Positions 31,169 to 39,670 of a stretch of DNA of 64,000 bases are shown here, one piece after another; position 1 is the first letter of the stretch; each line of letters opens with the position of its first letter. The DNA is from an uncultured Candidatus Saccharibacteria bacterium (lineage in GTDB: Bacteria; Patescibacteriota; Saccharimonadia; Saccharimonadales; JAGQMS01). The translations under genes were made by a program, and so were the position numbers. The notes under the pieces were generated by a model, which did no database searches, was not told where the DNA came from, and saw only the letters and a list, made by a program, of their open reading frames with translations. The stretch spans positions 21,146 to 85,145 of the forward strand of contig CAZKOX010000002.1 in NCBI GenBank assembly GCA_964554485.1, read 5' to 3'.

Positions 31169-33739
31169 CTACTGGGCTAGGTTTTGGAAAATGGCGATTT
31201 CGGCTTTGATCTTTTCGAGTAGCACTTCTTCACTTTCCAGCTGTGCTTTGGTCTCGGCTACAACATTTTCAGGGGCGTTTTTTACATACAACTTATTGTC
31301 TAACCTGGCTTTTAGTCGGTCGATGGATGCAAGTTTTTCATCTTTCGCATCATCAAGCTTTCGAAGGTAGGTATGAGCCGATCGGTTATCGATATCGAGC
31401 CAGGCATCTAACGGCACGCTGGTAAGGTGCATTCCCCTGCCCGCTTCAACCTCCTGGACTTTTGCCAAACGACCCAATCGAGTAATCATCTCGGCGTTTT
31501 CTAAAAGGAACGGTGCGTTCTTAAAGTATAGGCTTGGTTTTGCAACCTGAAGGGCCGAGCATATAAAACGCACCTCGCTAACAACATCTTTTAATAGCTC
31601 AAACTGAGCCACCGCCTGCTTATCGATTTTTTGGTTAATCTCTGGCCAGCTAGCAGATACCAACAAATTATTTTCGTCGTTGCCGTGGATGGTTTGCCAG
31701 ATTGTTTCACTAACAAATGGCGCGAAAGGATGGCTGAGCTTCAGAACTGTTTCGAGTACAAACTTTAGCAATCCTGGATTAATAACAACCTTGCTTGCTT
31801 CGACATACCAATCGGCGATGTCATCCCAGACAAGGTGGTATAGCTCTTCGTAAGCCTCACCCAAACGGTAGTCATCAAGAGCCTTACTAATCACCTTTTC
31901 ACTATGTTGTAATTTACTCAACACCCAATGATCGGCGGTAGTTATTGGAGCGGAATCTTTGTCCTGGATTTCATCTAGTTTGTTTTCGACAAACCTAGCC
32001 ATATTCCAGAGTTTGTTTGCAAAATTGCGCCCGCTAACTAGTTTCGCGCCCCCAAATGGTTGATCTTTTCCAGCGCTTTGTCCGCTAACCAAACTTAGTC
32101 GAACAGCATCTGAGCCATATTCATCGAGTACCTTTATTACATCGACAACATTGCCGCGGCTCTTGCTCATTTTATGACCATGCTCATCTTGAATCATGCC
32201 ATGGAGGTAGACCGTTTTAAACGGTACCTCGCCCGTTACATACAGACCAAAAATCATCATACGGCAAACCCATTGATATAAAATCTCTCGCCCGCACTCC
32301 ATTAAGCCGTTCGGATAAAACTGCTTAAAGTCAGCACCATCAGGATAGTCTAGGGTAACGTAAGGCCATTGTCCGCTACTAAACCAAGTGTCAAAAACAT
32401 CGGGATCTCGTCGGTAGGTTTTACCTTTAACCTCAATCGTTTCGCTCGTTACATCTTCGTTAAATACCCAATTGTCGGGATCATCAATACTCTGGAAAGC
32501 CGGAATTGGTATACCCCAAGCTATTTGACGCGAGATGTTCCAGTCGCGTACGTTTTCAAGATATGCAATGGCGTCACGACCCTTTGAGGCTGGATAAAAT
32601 TTTACCTCCCCTTCCTTAATAGCTTTGACTGCTTTTGCAGCAAGTGGTTGCATGCTCACAAACCACTGATCACGGAGCAAAGGCTCGATAACGGTACCGC
32701 ATTTATAGCAAACAGCAACCTGATTAGTGTAGTCTTTTTCATCTGTTAACTGACCTGCTTTTTTCAAATCCTCGACCACTGCCGCGCGAGCTTCTAGCAC
32801 CGATTGACCAACATATTTTTCTGGGACGTTTTGGTTCATTTTGCCTTCGTGGTCGATAACCGTAATCATTGGTAGATTATGCCGCCGAGCGACGTCGTTG
32901 TCGTTGAAGTCGTGGGCCGGGGTGATCTTCACCACCCCTGTTCCGAAGTCTTCCTCCACAAAGTCGTCGGCGATAACTGGGATGTCACGCTCTGTAAGCG
33001 GTATTCGAACGGTTTTTCCAACCAACTCCTTGGCTCTCGGATGATCAGGATGAATAGCTACGGCAGTGTCGCCGAACATTGTTTCTGGGCGAGTTGTTGC
33101 GACTTCGACTTCCCCGCTCCCATCGCTTAATTTGTATGATATCTGCCATAACTTACCAGTTTGCTCTTTGCGTTCAACTTCAATATCAGAAAAGCTAGTG
33201 CCATGGTGTGTACAGAAATTTACGAGTCTCTCACCTCTGTAGATCGAGCCATCGTCCCACATTTTTTTGAAGGTTGAATAGACAGTTTTGACGACTTTTT
33301 CGTCAAGTGTGTAAGTAAACCTAGTCCAGTCTAATGAAAGTCCCAGGCGTCGAAATTGATCGAAAAAGGTCGATTTATTTTGTTCGACAAAGTCCCAAAC
33401 TTGGGAATATAACTCTTCCCTACTGTAGTCAAAGCGAGTTTGACCCTTGGAGCTTAGGTATTTTTCATACACTACCCAAGTTTCCAGTCCGGCGTGGTCG
33501 GCGCCTGGTAGATATAGCACCGACTTCCCTTTTAACCTCTGATACCTAGCTATTATATCGGCGTATGCAAAAGTGGCGTGACCGACGTGCAAACCAGCGT
33601 TGGCGTTTGGCGGTGGCATTACAAGAGAGAAACTGTCTTCCTGGCTGGCTTTAACAGGCTTAAATGCCCCACTCTTTTCCCATAGGGCGTAGATGTCGGA
33701 TTCGTATTTTGATGGTTCGTATACTTTTTGCAGTTTCAT
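31169..33739 (-). CDS. valS: Valyl-tRNA synthetase
   Basis: 856 aa. PPPNANAGLHVGHA (HIGH), KMSKSRGN (KMSKS), and a C-terminal coiled coil. Confidence 0.95.
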   Translation of the reverse strand: MKLQKVYEPSKYESDIYALWEKSGAFKPVKASQEDSFSLVMPPPNANAGLHVGHATFAYADIIARYQRLKGKSVLYLPGADHAGLETWVVYEKYLSSKGQTRFDYSREELYSQVWDFVEQNKSTFFDQFRRLGLSLDWTRFTYTLDEKVVKTVYSTFKKMWDDGSIYRGERLVNFCTHHGTSFSDIEVERKEQTGKLWQISYKLSDGSGEVEVATTRPETMFGDTAVAIHPDHPRAKELVGKTVRIPLTERDIPVIADDFVEEDFGTGVVKITPAHDFNDNDVARRHNLPMITVIDHEGKMNQNVPEKYVGQSVLEARAAVVEDLKKAGQLTDEKDYTNQVAVCYKCGTVIEPLLRDQWFVSMQPLAAKAVKAIKEGEVKFYPASKGRDAIAYLENVRDWNISRQIAWGIPIPAFQSIDDPDNWVFNEDVTSETIEVKGKTYRRDPDVFDTWFSSGQWPYVTLDYPDGADFKQFYPNGLMECGREILYQWVCRMMIFGLYVTGEVPFKTVYLHGMIQDEHGHKMSKSRGNVVDVIKVLDEYGSDAVRLSLVSGQSAGKDQPFGGAKLVSGRNFANKLWNMARFVENKLDEIQDKDSAPITTADHWVLSKLQHSEKVISKALDDYRLGEAYEELYHLVWDDIADWYVEASKVVINPGLLKFVLETVLKLSHPFAPFVSETIWQTIHGNDENNLLVSASWPEINQKIDKQAVAQFELLKDVVSEVRFICSALQVAKPSLYFKNAPFLLENAEMITRLGRLAKVQEVEAGRGMHLTSVPLDAWLDIDNRSAHTYLRKLDDAKDEKLASIDRLKARLDNKLYVKNAPENVVAETKAQLESEEVLLEKIKAEIAIFQNLAQ

Positions 33740-34031
33740 TGTTGGTTACAGATTACAGGTTACATTGCTACGTGTCTATAACCTCTAATCTATCGCCAGT
33801 CGTATAGCTAAAAACAAATTTTGACCTCTGTGTTCACGTGAAACATTTTTTGACAACTAACATCAAAGGGATTGCGTACTGCACCCTAAAATCGTAGCCC
33901 ACCAATATGTAATTTTGTTTCTAAAGATCAATCCGCATGGGTTTGCAGACATTCCCAAAACTTTTTGTTTTCAATCATTATTATACGCAAATTCACCACT
34001 GTTACAATAGGTTGACAACTAATGAATAATA

Positions 34032-35126
34032 TTATGATGCTAGCATCTTTAGGCTAGGTTGAATCTCTAGAGTGTATGGATCCGCCGTCTCTGTTTTTAA
34101 CAAAACTTTAAAGCAACCAAGGGTCGCAACCATGGCGGCGTTGTCGGTGCAAAGTTTTCGGTCTGTGTATTCGATACCAACTGGTAAACGAGAGGCTAGT
34201 TGATGTCTGAGTTCATCGCTAGCTGCCACGCCACCAGCGATAATAACAGAGGCGGGTAGGTATTGTTTGTATGCAAGAACGGTTTTGTCTACGATAGTCT
34301 CGATTGCTATACGCTGAAAACTAGCAGCTATATTAGCCTTCTGAGCCTCAGAAAGTAGCCCAGGAAGCTCGGTTGAGGACAATGTGTGGTTATGACCGGT
34401 TAGACCTTGCGCGGTGCGTAAGACGGCTGTTTTGAGCCCAGAGAACGAAAAATTAAAATCACCAGAGACCTGAGCTTTAGGGAAGTTGAAGGCGTAGGCG
34501 TCGCCAACCTTGGCTTTTTCGGCGACGGATGGGCCACCGGGGTAGGGCAGACCGATCATTTTAGCGACCTTGTCGAAAGCCTCACCTATGGCATCATCTT
34601 GAGTTTTGCCTAGGATTTGATAGTTAAAGTGGTCTTTAAAGAGGACTAGTTGGGTGTGTCCACCAGATACGATTAGTGTCAAAATTGGGAACTTTGGTGC
34701 TGAAGCAGGCAGTTTGAACTTAGAAGATAGGGAAGGGGAGGTTTCGGTGATGAAGTTGGCGTATACGTGCGCTTCAACATGATTGATTGCGTATAAGGGT
34801 TTATTTAAGGCGATGGCTAGAGATCGAGCCGTCATAACACCGACGAGCAGAGATCCGCCCAAACCGGCGCCGTAAGTTACGGCAATTGCATCTATATCAT
34901 CCTTGGTTTGCGAAGCTTCGCGTAGGGCTTCATCTATAACAGGGATAATGGCTTCGATATGGCTTCGAGCGGCAACTTCCGGAACTACGCCACCGTAGGC
35001 TTTATGGATATCAATCTGACTAACGACGGTATTGCTAAGTAGACGACAAACTTGCGTTTGCTCGTCTATTTCAACAACCGCTGCGGCTGTCTCGTCGCAA
35101 CTAGTTTCTATTCCTAAAACTTTCAT
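34032..35126 (-). CDS. tsaD: tRNA N6-adenosine threonylcarbamoyltransferase TsaD (Kae1/Gcp family)
   Basis: 364 aa. MKVLGIETSCDETAAAVV, HIEAII, VSGGHTQL motifs. Confidence 0.9.
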   Translation of the reverse strand: MKVLGIETSCDETAAAVVEIDEQTQVCRLLSNTVVSQIDIHKAYGGVVPEVAARSHIEAIIPVIDEALREASQTKDDIDAIAVTYGAGLGGSLLVGVMTARSLAIALNKPLYAINHVEAHVYANFITETSPSLSSKFKLPASAPKFPILTLIVSGGHTQLVLFKDHFNYQILGKTQDDAIGEAFDKVAKMIGLPYPGGPSVAEKAKVGDAYAFNFPKAQVSGDFNFSFSGLKTAVLRTAQGLTGHNHTLSSTELPGLLSEAQKANIAASFQRIAIETIVDKTVLAYKQYLPASVIIAGGVAASDELRHQLASRLPVGIEYTDRKLCTDNAAMVATLGCFKVLLKTETADPYTLEIQPSLKMLAS

Positions 35127-35206
35127 TACTTATGAGCATACCAAAACAGATGATAATAAGATAAATGTTATTGCTTTTTAATAGTGCTTATGGTATGATA
35201 TGAGTA

Positions 35207-35773
35207 ATGAACAAAAATAAACCTGAATTTGGTATTGAACCGAAAACCCCAACTCAGCGAGCAGAAACACTCCTTCAAAAAGCCGAACAGCAATTTGATC
35301 GACTAGCTGCTAGCTTGCCTGAAGAAGTTGTCGCTCAAGTCGACGAAGTAATCATTGGTTTTTATCTCATTTGCGGAACAGATCGCAACAAACCTAAAGC
35401 ACCAATTCTTGTAGATGAACACGATCTTGATGCCATCATTTCCCGTCATCCCAACAGTGATATGCAGTTGGTCTCTTTTCACAAAGATGCTTCGGGAACA
35501 TGTGATTTACTAGCTCAGCTAGACCCAATAAAAGCTGACTCATATGTAGACAGACTTAGGCGAAGAGATCATTCTGTATCAAGATCGGACGTTATTATTA
35601 GCTGTTCACCCGAAGGACCATTAATCTGTGGAGCTCCGGTTGAAGAGGTTGAAGATATGTATGATCCCAATTCTGGTGTCGAAAGTCCCTTGACGCGCCT
35701 TGAACAGGTTATTAGGGATGTTGAAGAAGCGACAATAGTTAGGTATCCAAAACCAGAACCAGTTTCTAGGTAG
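35207..35773 (+). CDS. Hypothetical protein
   Basis: 188-aa ORF with no recognisable motif. Confidence 0.4.
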   Translation: MNKNKPEFGIEPKTPTQRAETLLQKAEQQFDRLAASLPEEVVAQVDEVIIGFYLICGTDRNKPKAPILVDEHDLDAIISRHPNSDMQLVSFHKDASGTCDLLAQLDPIKADSYVDRLRRRDHSVSRSDVIISCSPEGPLICGAPVEEVEDMYDPNSGVESPLTRLEQVIRDVEEATIVRYPKPEPVSR

Positions 35774-35775
35774 CT

Positions 35776-36750
35776 CTATTTTCGGAGTTTTTTTATAGTC
35801 TTGGCGATTCGACGCCCAAAACGAATCGTAGCGTGTGACGTTTTATTTATTGGTAGTTCCCAGGTTCCAGAAAAGTTAACGTCGTGTCCACCAAAAGTGC
35901 GTTTAAATGCACTATAACCAGTGTAGGGGTGGTTCTTAACACCCTCTGGAATTACTCCGAAAAAGTCTAAGTGTTTTAGGCCCTTGGCTTTGGCTTCAAA
36001 TATCAAATAACAGAGTAGGGCAGAACCACAACTATGTTTTTTGGCTTCTTCTACCGAACCGGCATAAAGATAATATCGAGTCTTGTTTTCGACATCATCA
36101 GCATATAAAGCTCCGGCTAACCGCTTGCCGTTATGTAGGCAAAAAACAATGTCACTTTTTTCTTTTCCAAAAGTCTCAAGTAACGTAGCCATATATTCCG
36201 GGCTACGAGGGATTGTATGGGTGCGCTTACTGATAACTTGCATAAAGCCAGCAAAATCCTTCTGGCCTTTTGGGCTGCTATCGACCTCAAAGCTTAGACC
36301 AAACTCTTCGCGGCGCCGCCAAACTCGTCTATTCAGGCTAGTCATGCCCATCAGCAGCTCGTCTTCGCTCGGCGAAAGGTCTAGAACCCAAGTCATGTTT
36401 GGCTGTAGATCGCGCGGGTTCTTGTATAATCCCAGCTTTTTTAGTGTCGACTTTTCAAAATAAGGATATGGGTCGACTCGAACATAGCTTGCCTTCTGGC
36501 TGACGGCTAATTCTTGAAGTGACTTTAAGGCTTCAGTAAGTGCCTTAGGACTACTAGCAACTGGACCGTAGGGGACATAGAGACGAGTAGAGGATTTGCC
36601 TAGCACCGGCTCAGATTCTTCCAAAACGGCTCGATACGACCAGCCGTTGCCGTTACTAGCGAAAGTTTTTCGGCCTAAAGCTTCTTGAAAACGCATCCAG
36701 TCTTTGGTTTGTGTGAGGTGGTTGACGGCTGCAGTAGTAATTTCGGGCAT
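35776..36750 (-). CDS. FemAB-family peptidoglycan interpeptide-bridge aminoacyltransferase-like protein
   Basis: 324 aa. ..RYYLYAGSVEEAKKHSCGSALLCYLIFEAKAKGLKHLDFFGV..GYSAFKRTFGG fits the FemX/FemAB GNAT-like pattern. Confidence 0.65.
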   Translation of the reverse strand: MPEITTAAVNHLTQTKDWMRFQEALGRKTFASNGNGWSYRAVLEESEPVLGKSSTRLYVPYGPVASSPKALTEALKSLQELAVSQKASYVRVDPYPYFEKSTLKKLGLYKNPRDLQPNMTWVLDLSPSEDELLMGMTSLNRRVWRRREEFGLSFEVDSSPKGQKDFAGFMQVISKRTHTIPRSPEYMATLLETFGKEKSDIVFCLHNGKRLAGALYADDVENKTRYYLYAGSVEEAKKHSCGSALLCYLIFEAKAKGLKHLDFFGVIPEGVKNHPYTGYSAFKRTFGGHDVNFSGTWELPINKTSHATIRFGRRIAKTIKKLRK

Positions 36751-36787
36751 ATAACTACCATTTTACATTAAGTGGATTCTATTTTTG

Positions 36788-37738
36788 TTAACGGTAGATA
36801 TACCACTGGAATCTGGTGATTGGTACTGGGCCAGGGAAGCGAACGCGCCCAAAATATCCAGGTAAACCGTTCATGTCGGAATATTCCATCATTGTGCCAT
36901 CGGCGCTGACGCTTTCGACAACTGCAACGTGACCAAAATAGCTCATGGAGTCGGACTGTGCGATAGCTCCGGGCACTGGAGTTTTGCTGACGATCCAACC
37001 ACTTGCTCGGGCGTTATCGTCCCAAGAGTAGGCGTTACCCCAGTTCGAAGGGACCTTGATTCGTGAGGCGACGTACCAAGTACAGTTGCCGGGAGCGTAA
37101 CTATTACCGCCATAAACAGCATTGCTAAACAGAAGACTATTAGTAAACGACTGAACAACAGGCTTTTTACCGTCAGGAATAAAAACGTACGTTCCGACCT
37201 TCAGTCCGGATACTTCAGCGTCGTTGAATGAGATTATTTTTGCTTCTGAGGCGCTGTATTTAGACGCAAGACTCTTCGGGGTATCGCCGCTAACTACCTT
37301 ATGAACAATTCCAGTTCGGTTTCTTGGCGGCAGAATGAGTGTCTTGCCGATTGTTAGGCGGTCGCTAGAAAGATTGTTAGAATCGCGAATACTCTGCGAT
37401 GGGACATTATATTTTTGCGAAATACTAGACATCGTATCGCCGGACTGAACCACATACGTAATAATGTCGCTGGCTCCTAATGAGCTGTCTCCGGTAGCGA
37501 TAACTTGTGGCTTAATAACAGATGAGTCGTCGCTTGCTGCAAGTGATGAGATAGTAACAATAGAGTCGGCCTGGTTTGAGACGTTAACAGCAATTGGTGA
37601 TTGAGTCGCAATAGCCACATTGGCGGCAATGTCGGCGGCAGCGACGGTGTCAATTGGGGCGACAGTATCGCTTTTTTGGACACTTTGCTCGACGTTAGTA
37701 TTAAAATCTCTTGGCTTTGGACGGTCGTTAATAACCAA
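36788..37738 (-). CDS. Peptidoglycan hydrolase with two LysM repeats and a C-terminal CHAP domain (true start probably upstream)
   Basis: YVVQSGDTMSSISQKYNV and HKVVSGDTPKSLASKYSA (LysM). GNCTWYVASR and GHVAVVESV (CHAP Cys/His). The frame is open up to 38020 and encodes a TM helix (RYGLVAVNILVILTAGYLV) upstream of the TTG at 37738. Confidence 0.8.
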   Translation of the reverse strand: MVINDRPKPRDFNTNVEQSVQKSDTVAPIDTVAAADIAANVAIATQSPIAVNVSNQADSIVTISSLAASDDSSVIKPQVIATGDSSLGASDIITYVVQSGDTMSSISQKYNVPSQSIRDSNNLSSDRLTIGKTLILPPRNRTGIVHKVVSGDTPKSLASKYSASEAKIISFNDAEVSGLKVGTYVFIPDGKKPVVQSFTNSLLFSNAVYGGNSYAPGNCTWYVASRIKVPSNWGNAYSWDDNARASGWIVSKTPVPGAIAQSDSMSYFGHVAVVESVSADGTMMEYSDMNGLPGYFGRVRFPGPVPITRFQWYIYR

Positions 37739-38103
37739 ATAGCCAGCCGTTAGAATAACTAGAATATTAACCGCTACGAGTCCATAGCGGGTGATTAAGC
37801 GTCGGCTACTCTTGACGAGTGGGCGCTTTTTTAGAGTGCTCGGTTGTACGGCTGTCTTTAGTCCTTCAAGACCAAGACTGCGTCGCTTCGCAAAAATGCG
37901 TTTTCGGTCTTTGATACTAACTCCTGTTGTCCGAATTTTGAAATCTCTACCGAGATGGCGTTTTATTGCCCCTTTCGGACGTATCGGTAGGACGGAAATC
38001 TCGGATTGGCCGAGACGTGCCTAAAGTGTCGGCACTGAAACATTAGTATACCAAATTAGCTACTATTTTCAAACCGCCCGTATCTGTTGGTGGTAGTTTT
38101 TAT

Positions 38104-38139
38104 AAAAGAAAATGCCGCAGATGCGGTTAGCCTCTGCGG
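38104..38139 (-). terminator. Intrinsic terminator downstream of the GC-rich small ORF
   Basis: Minus strand: CCGCAGA ..loop.. TCTGCGG followed by CATTTTCTTTTATA. Confidence 0.55.
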
Positions 38140-38243
38140 CTGGTAGTCTTACGACTCGACAAAGCAGGTGCCTTGGAATCTGGAAGACTTTCCTGGAGAC
38201 GAGCGTGACTCTTGCGAGCCTCGCTCGTCTCCAGGGTTGTCCA

Positions 38244-38534
38244 CTACTTGGAGCTGCGGACGTACCGCGACTTCATGTTGTCCGAGAGGGTCATCGCCCA
38301 CAACTTTGCCTGGTTGTAGGCGGAAACCATCGTCTGTGCGACCACCGCTTCTTCGCCCTTCACCACGACGACGATCTTGTCGTCATCCAGGCTGACCTCT
38401 CCGACGATGGAGAGATACTCGCTGAGTGCCGCCAGACCTTCGGTCGAGAGACCATCGATCTTGACCACGAATGTGCTGTCGCCCTTTGCCCGTTCGAGCT
38501 TGATGCTCGAGTGGATTGCCGTGCTGGTTCCCAC
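38244..38534 (-). CDS. Hypothetical small protein encoded in a GC-rich islet
   Basis: 96 aa. GTG start preceded by GGAAAGGAG. Strongly GC3-biased codons (GTC, ATC, AAG, GGC, CTC), unlike neighbouring genes. Confidence 0.5.
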   Translation of the reverse strand: MGTSTAIHSSIKLERAKGDSTFVVKIDGLSTEGLAALSEYLSIVGEVSLDDDKIVVVVKGEEAVVAQTMVSAYNQAKLWAMTLSDNMKSRYVRSSK

Positions 38535-38642
38535 TTGGGAACTCCTTTCCTCCCGTTCTTAGGCGGGGTAGTTGGACTATTTGTTTATACAACACAATTT
38601 TAGTATAGTCAAATAGTATTTTTTGTTTTATAATATATACAA

Positions 38643-39278
38643 ATGTCAAATCCATATCTAAACCCTGAAGCTATCGGCAGACTAGGCCCTGAATTTAGTG
38701 AAGCTGAAAATAGGCAACATAAGACCGAAGCTATGCTTCTAAGAGCCGATGACCTACTGTCTGATGCTAATATGCACGATGCCTTACATTCGTGGAGTCG
38801 AAATATTGGAAGTAATAAAGTTGTTCCGAACTGCTCTGAATTACCATTTGGCTTTTCGCGCATGCGAATGATGCCGAACATTTCAGATAAACCAGAAATC
38901 GATGGAATGACTGAGCTTGTTGATAGAGATTACGTCAAACTTCCGAGTAACGTACTGTTTGGAGTCAAGGAACTGTATCTTTTCGTGCCAGAAGAGGCGA
39001 CCGATATATTTCGGGAACCAGATATTCGAACTCCGATAGCTGTAGCGATAGTAACCTTCGGAATTAACCGAAACAACAGAACCTTCCTGCTTACCGGCGA
39101 AGGGGTATTCGAATTTAGTCGTCTAGGTGAATTATCTAAAGCTATCGCTGAAGGGCTTGTCTCTGAAGGCGTGCTTGGTGTTCCAGTACCTGGGGAAGAT
39201 TTTGAAGAACTACATAGGATACTATTCGACTCAACGGTGGTTGATCAAGACGGCAGAGAACCACTAGCAGACGACTAG
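38643..39278 (+). CDS. Hypothetical protein
   Basis: 211-aa ORF with no recognisable motif. Confidence 0.4.
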   Translation: MSNPYLNPEAIGRLGPEFSEAENRQHKTEAMLLRADDLLSDANMHDALHSWSRNIGSNKVVPNCSELPFGFSRMRMMPNISDKPEIDGMTELVDRDYVKLPSNVLFGVKELYLFVPEEATDIFREPDIRTPIAVAIVTFGINRNNRTFLLTGEGVFEFSRLGELSKAIAEGLVSEGVLGVPVPGEDFEELHRILFDSTVVDQDGREPLADD

Positions 39279-39284
39279 CTAGGC

Positions 39285-39314
39285 TTGACACGATTTTTAT
39301 TAATTAGTTAAAAT
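39285..39314 (+). promoter_or_regulatory. Putative sigma-70 promoter of groES-groEL
   Basis: TTGACA at 39285-39290, an 18-nt spacer, then TAAAAT at 39309-39314. Confidence 0.5.
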
Positions 39315-39325
39315 TACATAACAAA

Positions 39326-39352
39326 CTAGCACTCGAATGGTCTAAGTGCTAA
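39326..39352 (+). promoter_or_regulatory. CIRCE operator (HrcA-binding inverted repeat)
   Basis: CTAGCACTC-N9-AAGTGCTAA matches TTAGCACTC-N9-GAGTGCTAA at 16 of 18 positions. Lies between the promoter and the groES RBS. Confidence 0.8.
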
Positions 39353-39380
39353 AATTAGGTTAAGTCAAAGGGAGAAAAAT

Positions 39381-39650
39381 ATGAGCGTACCAATTCAACC
39401 ACTTGCTGATTATGTAGTCGCCAAGGGCGAGGAAGCAGCCAGTAAAACCGCTAGTGGACTTTATCTGCCAGACGCCGCTACAGAAAAGCCAAAAACAGCA
39501 AAAGTGTTAGCACTCGGTGAAGATGTTAGTCGAGTAAAAATCGGCGACAAGATTATCTATAAGAGCTTTAGTACTACCGATGTTAAAGTCGGAGCCGACG
39601 AATATATCTTAGTAAAAGAAGAAGACATTATTGCAACTGTAATTCGCTAG
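39381..39650 (+). CDS. groES: Co-chaperonin GroES
   Basis: 89 aa. PLADYVVAK..SGLYLPD.. pattern. Immediately upstream of groEL. Confidence 0.95.
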   Translation: MSVPIQPLADYVVAKGEEAASKTASGLYLPDAATEKPKTAKVLALGEDVSRVKIGDKIIYKSFSTTDVKVGADEYILVKEEDIIATVIR

Positions 39651-39670
39651 TCAGCGAAAGGAGAATTTAT

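Noticed and set aside
33740-34031. Possible T-box leader upstream of valS (AGGGTGCAGTACGC on the minus strand). Also a TTCACGTGAA palindrome (33833-33842) and a duplicated TTGACAACTAA (33854-33864 and 34013-34023).
   Set aside because: The T-box-like string lacks the UGGN bulge context. It lies about 160 nt from the start codon with no terminator/antiterminator pair after it, and no Stem I/specifier features were found. The palindrome and the 11-mer repeat are too short to interpret.
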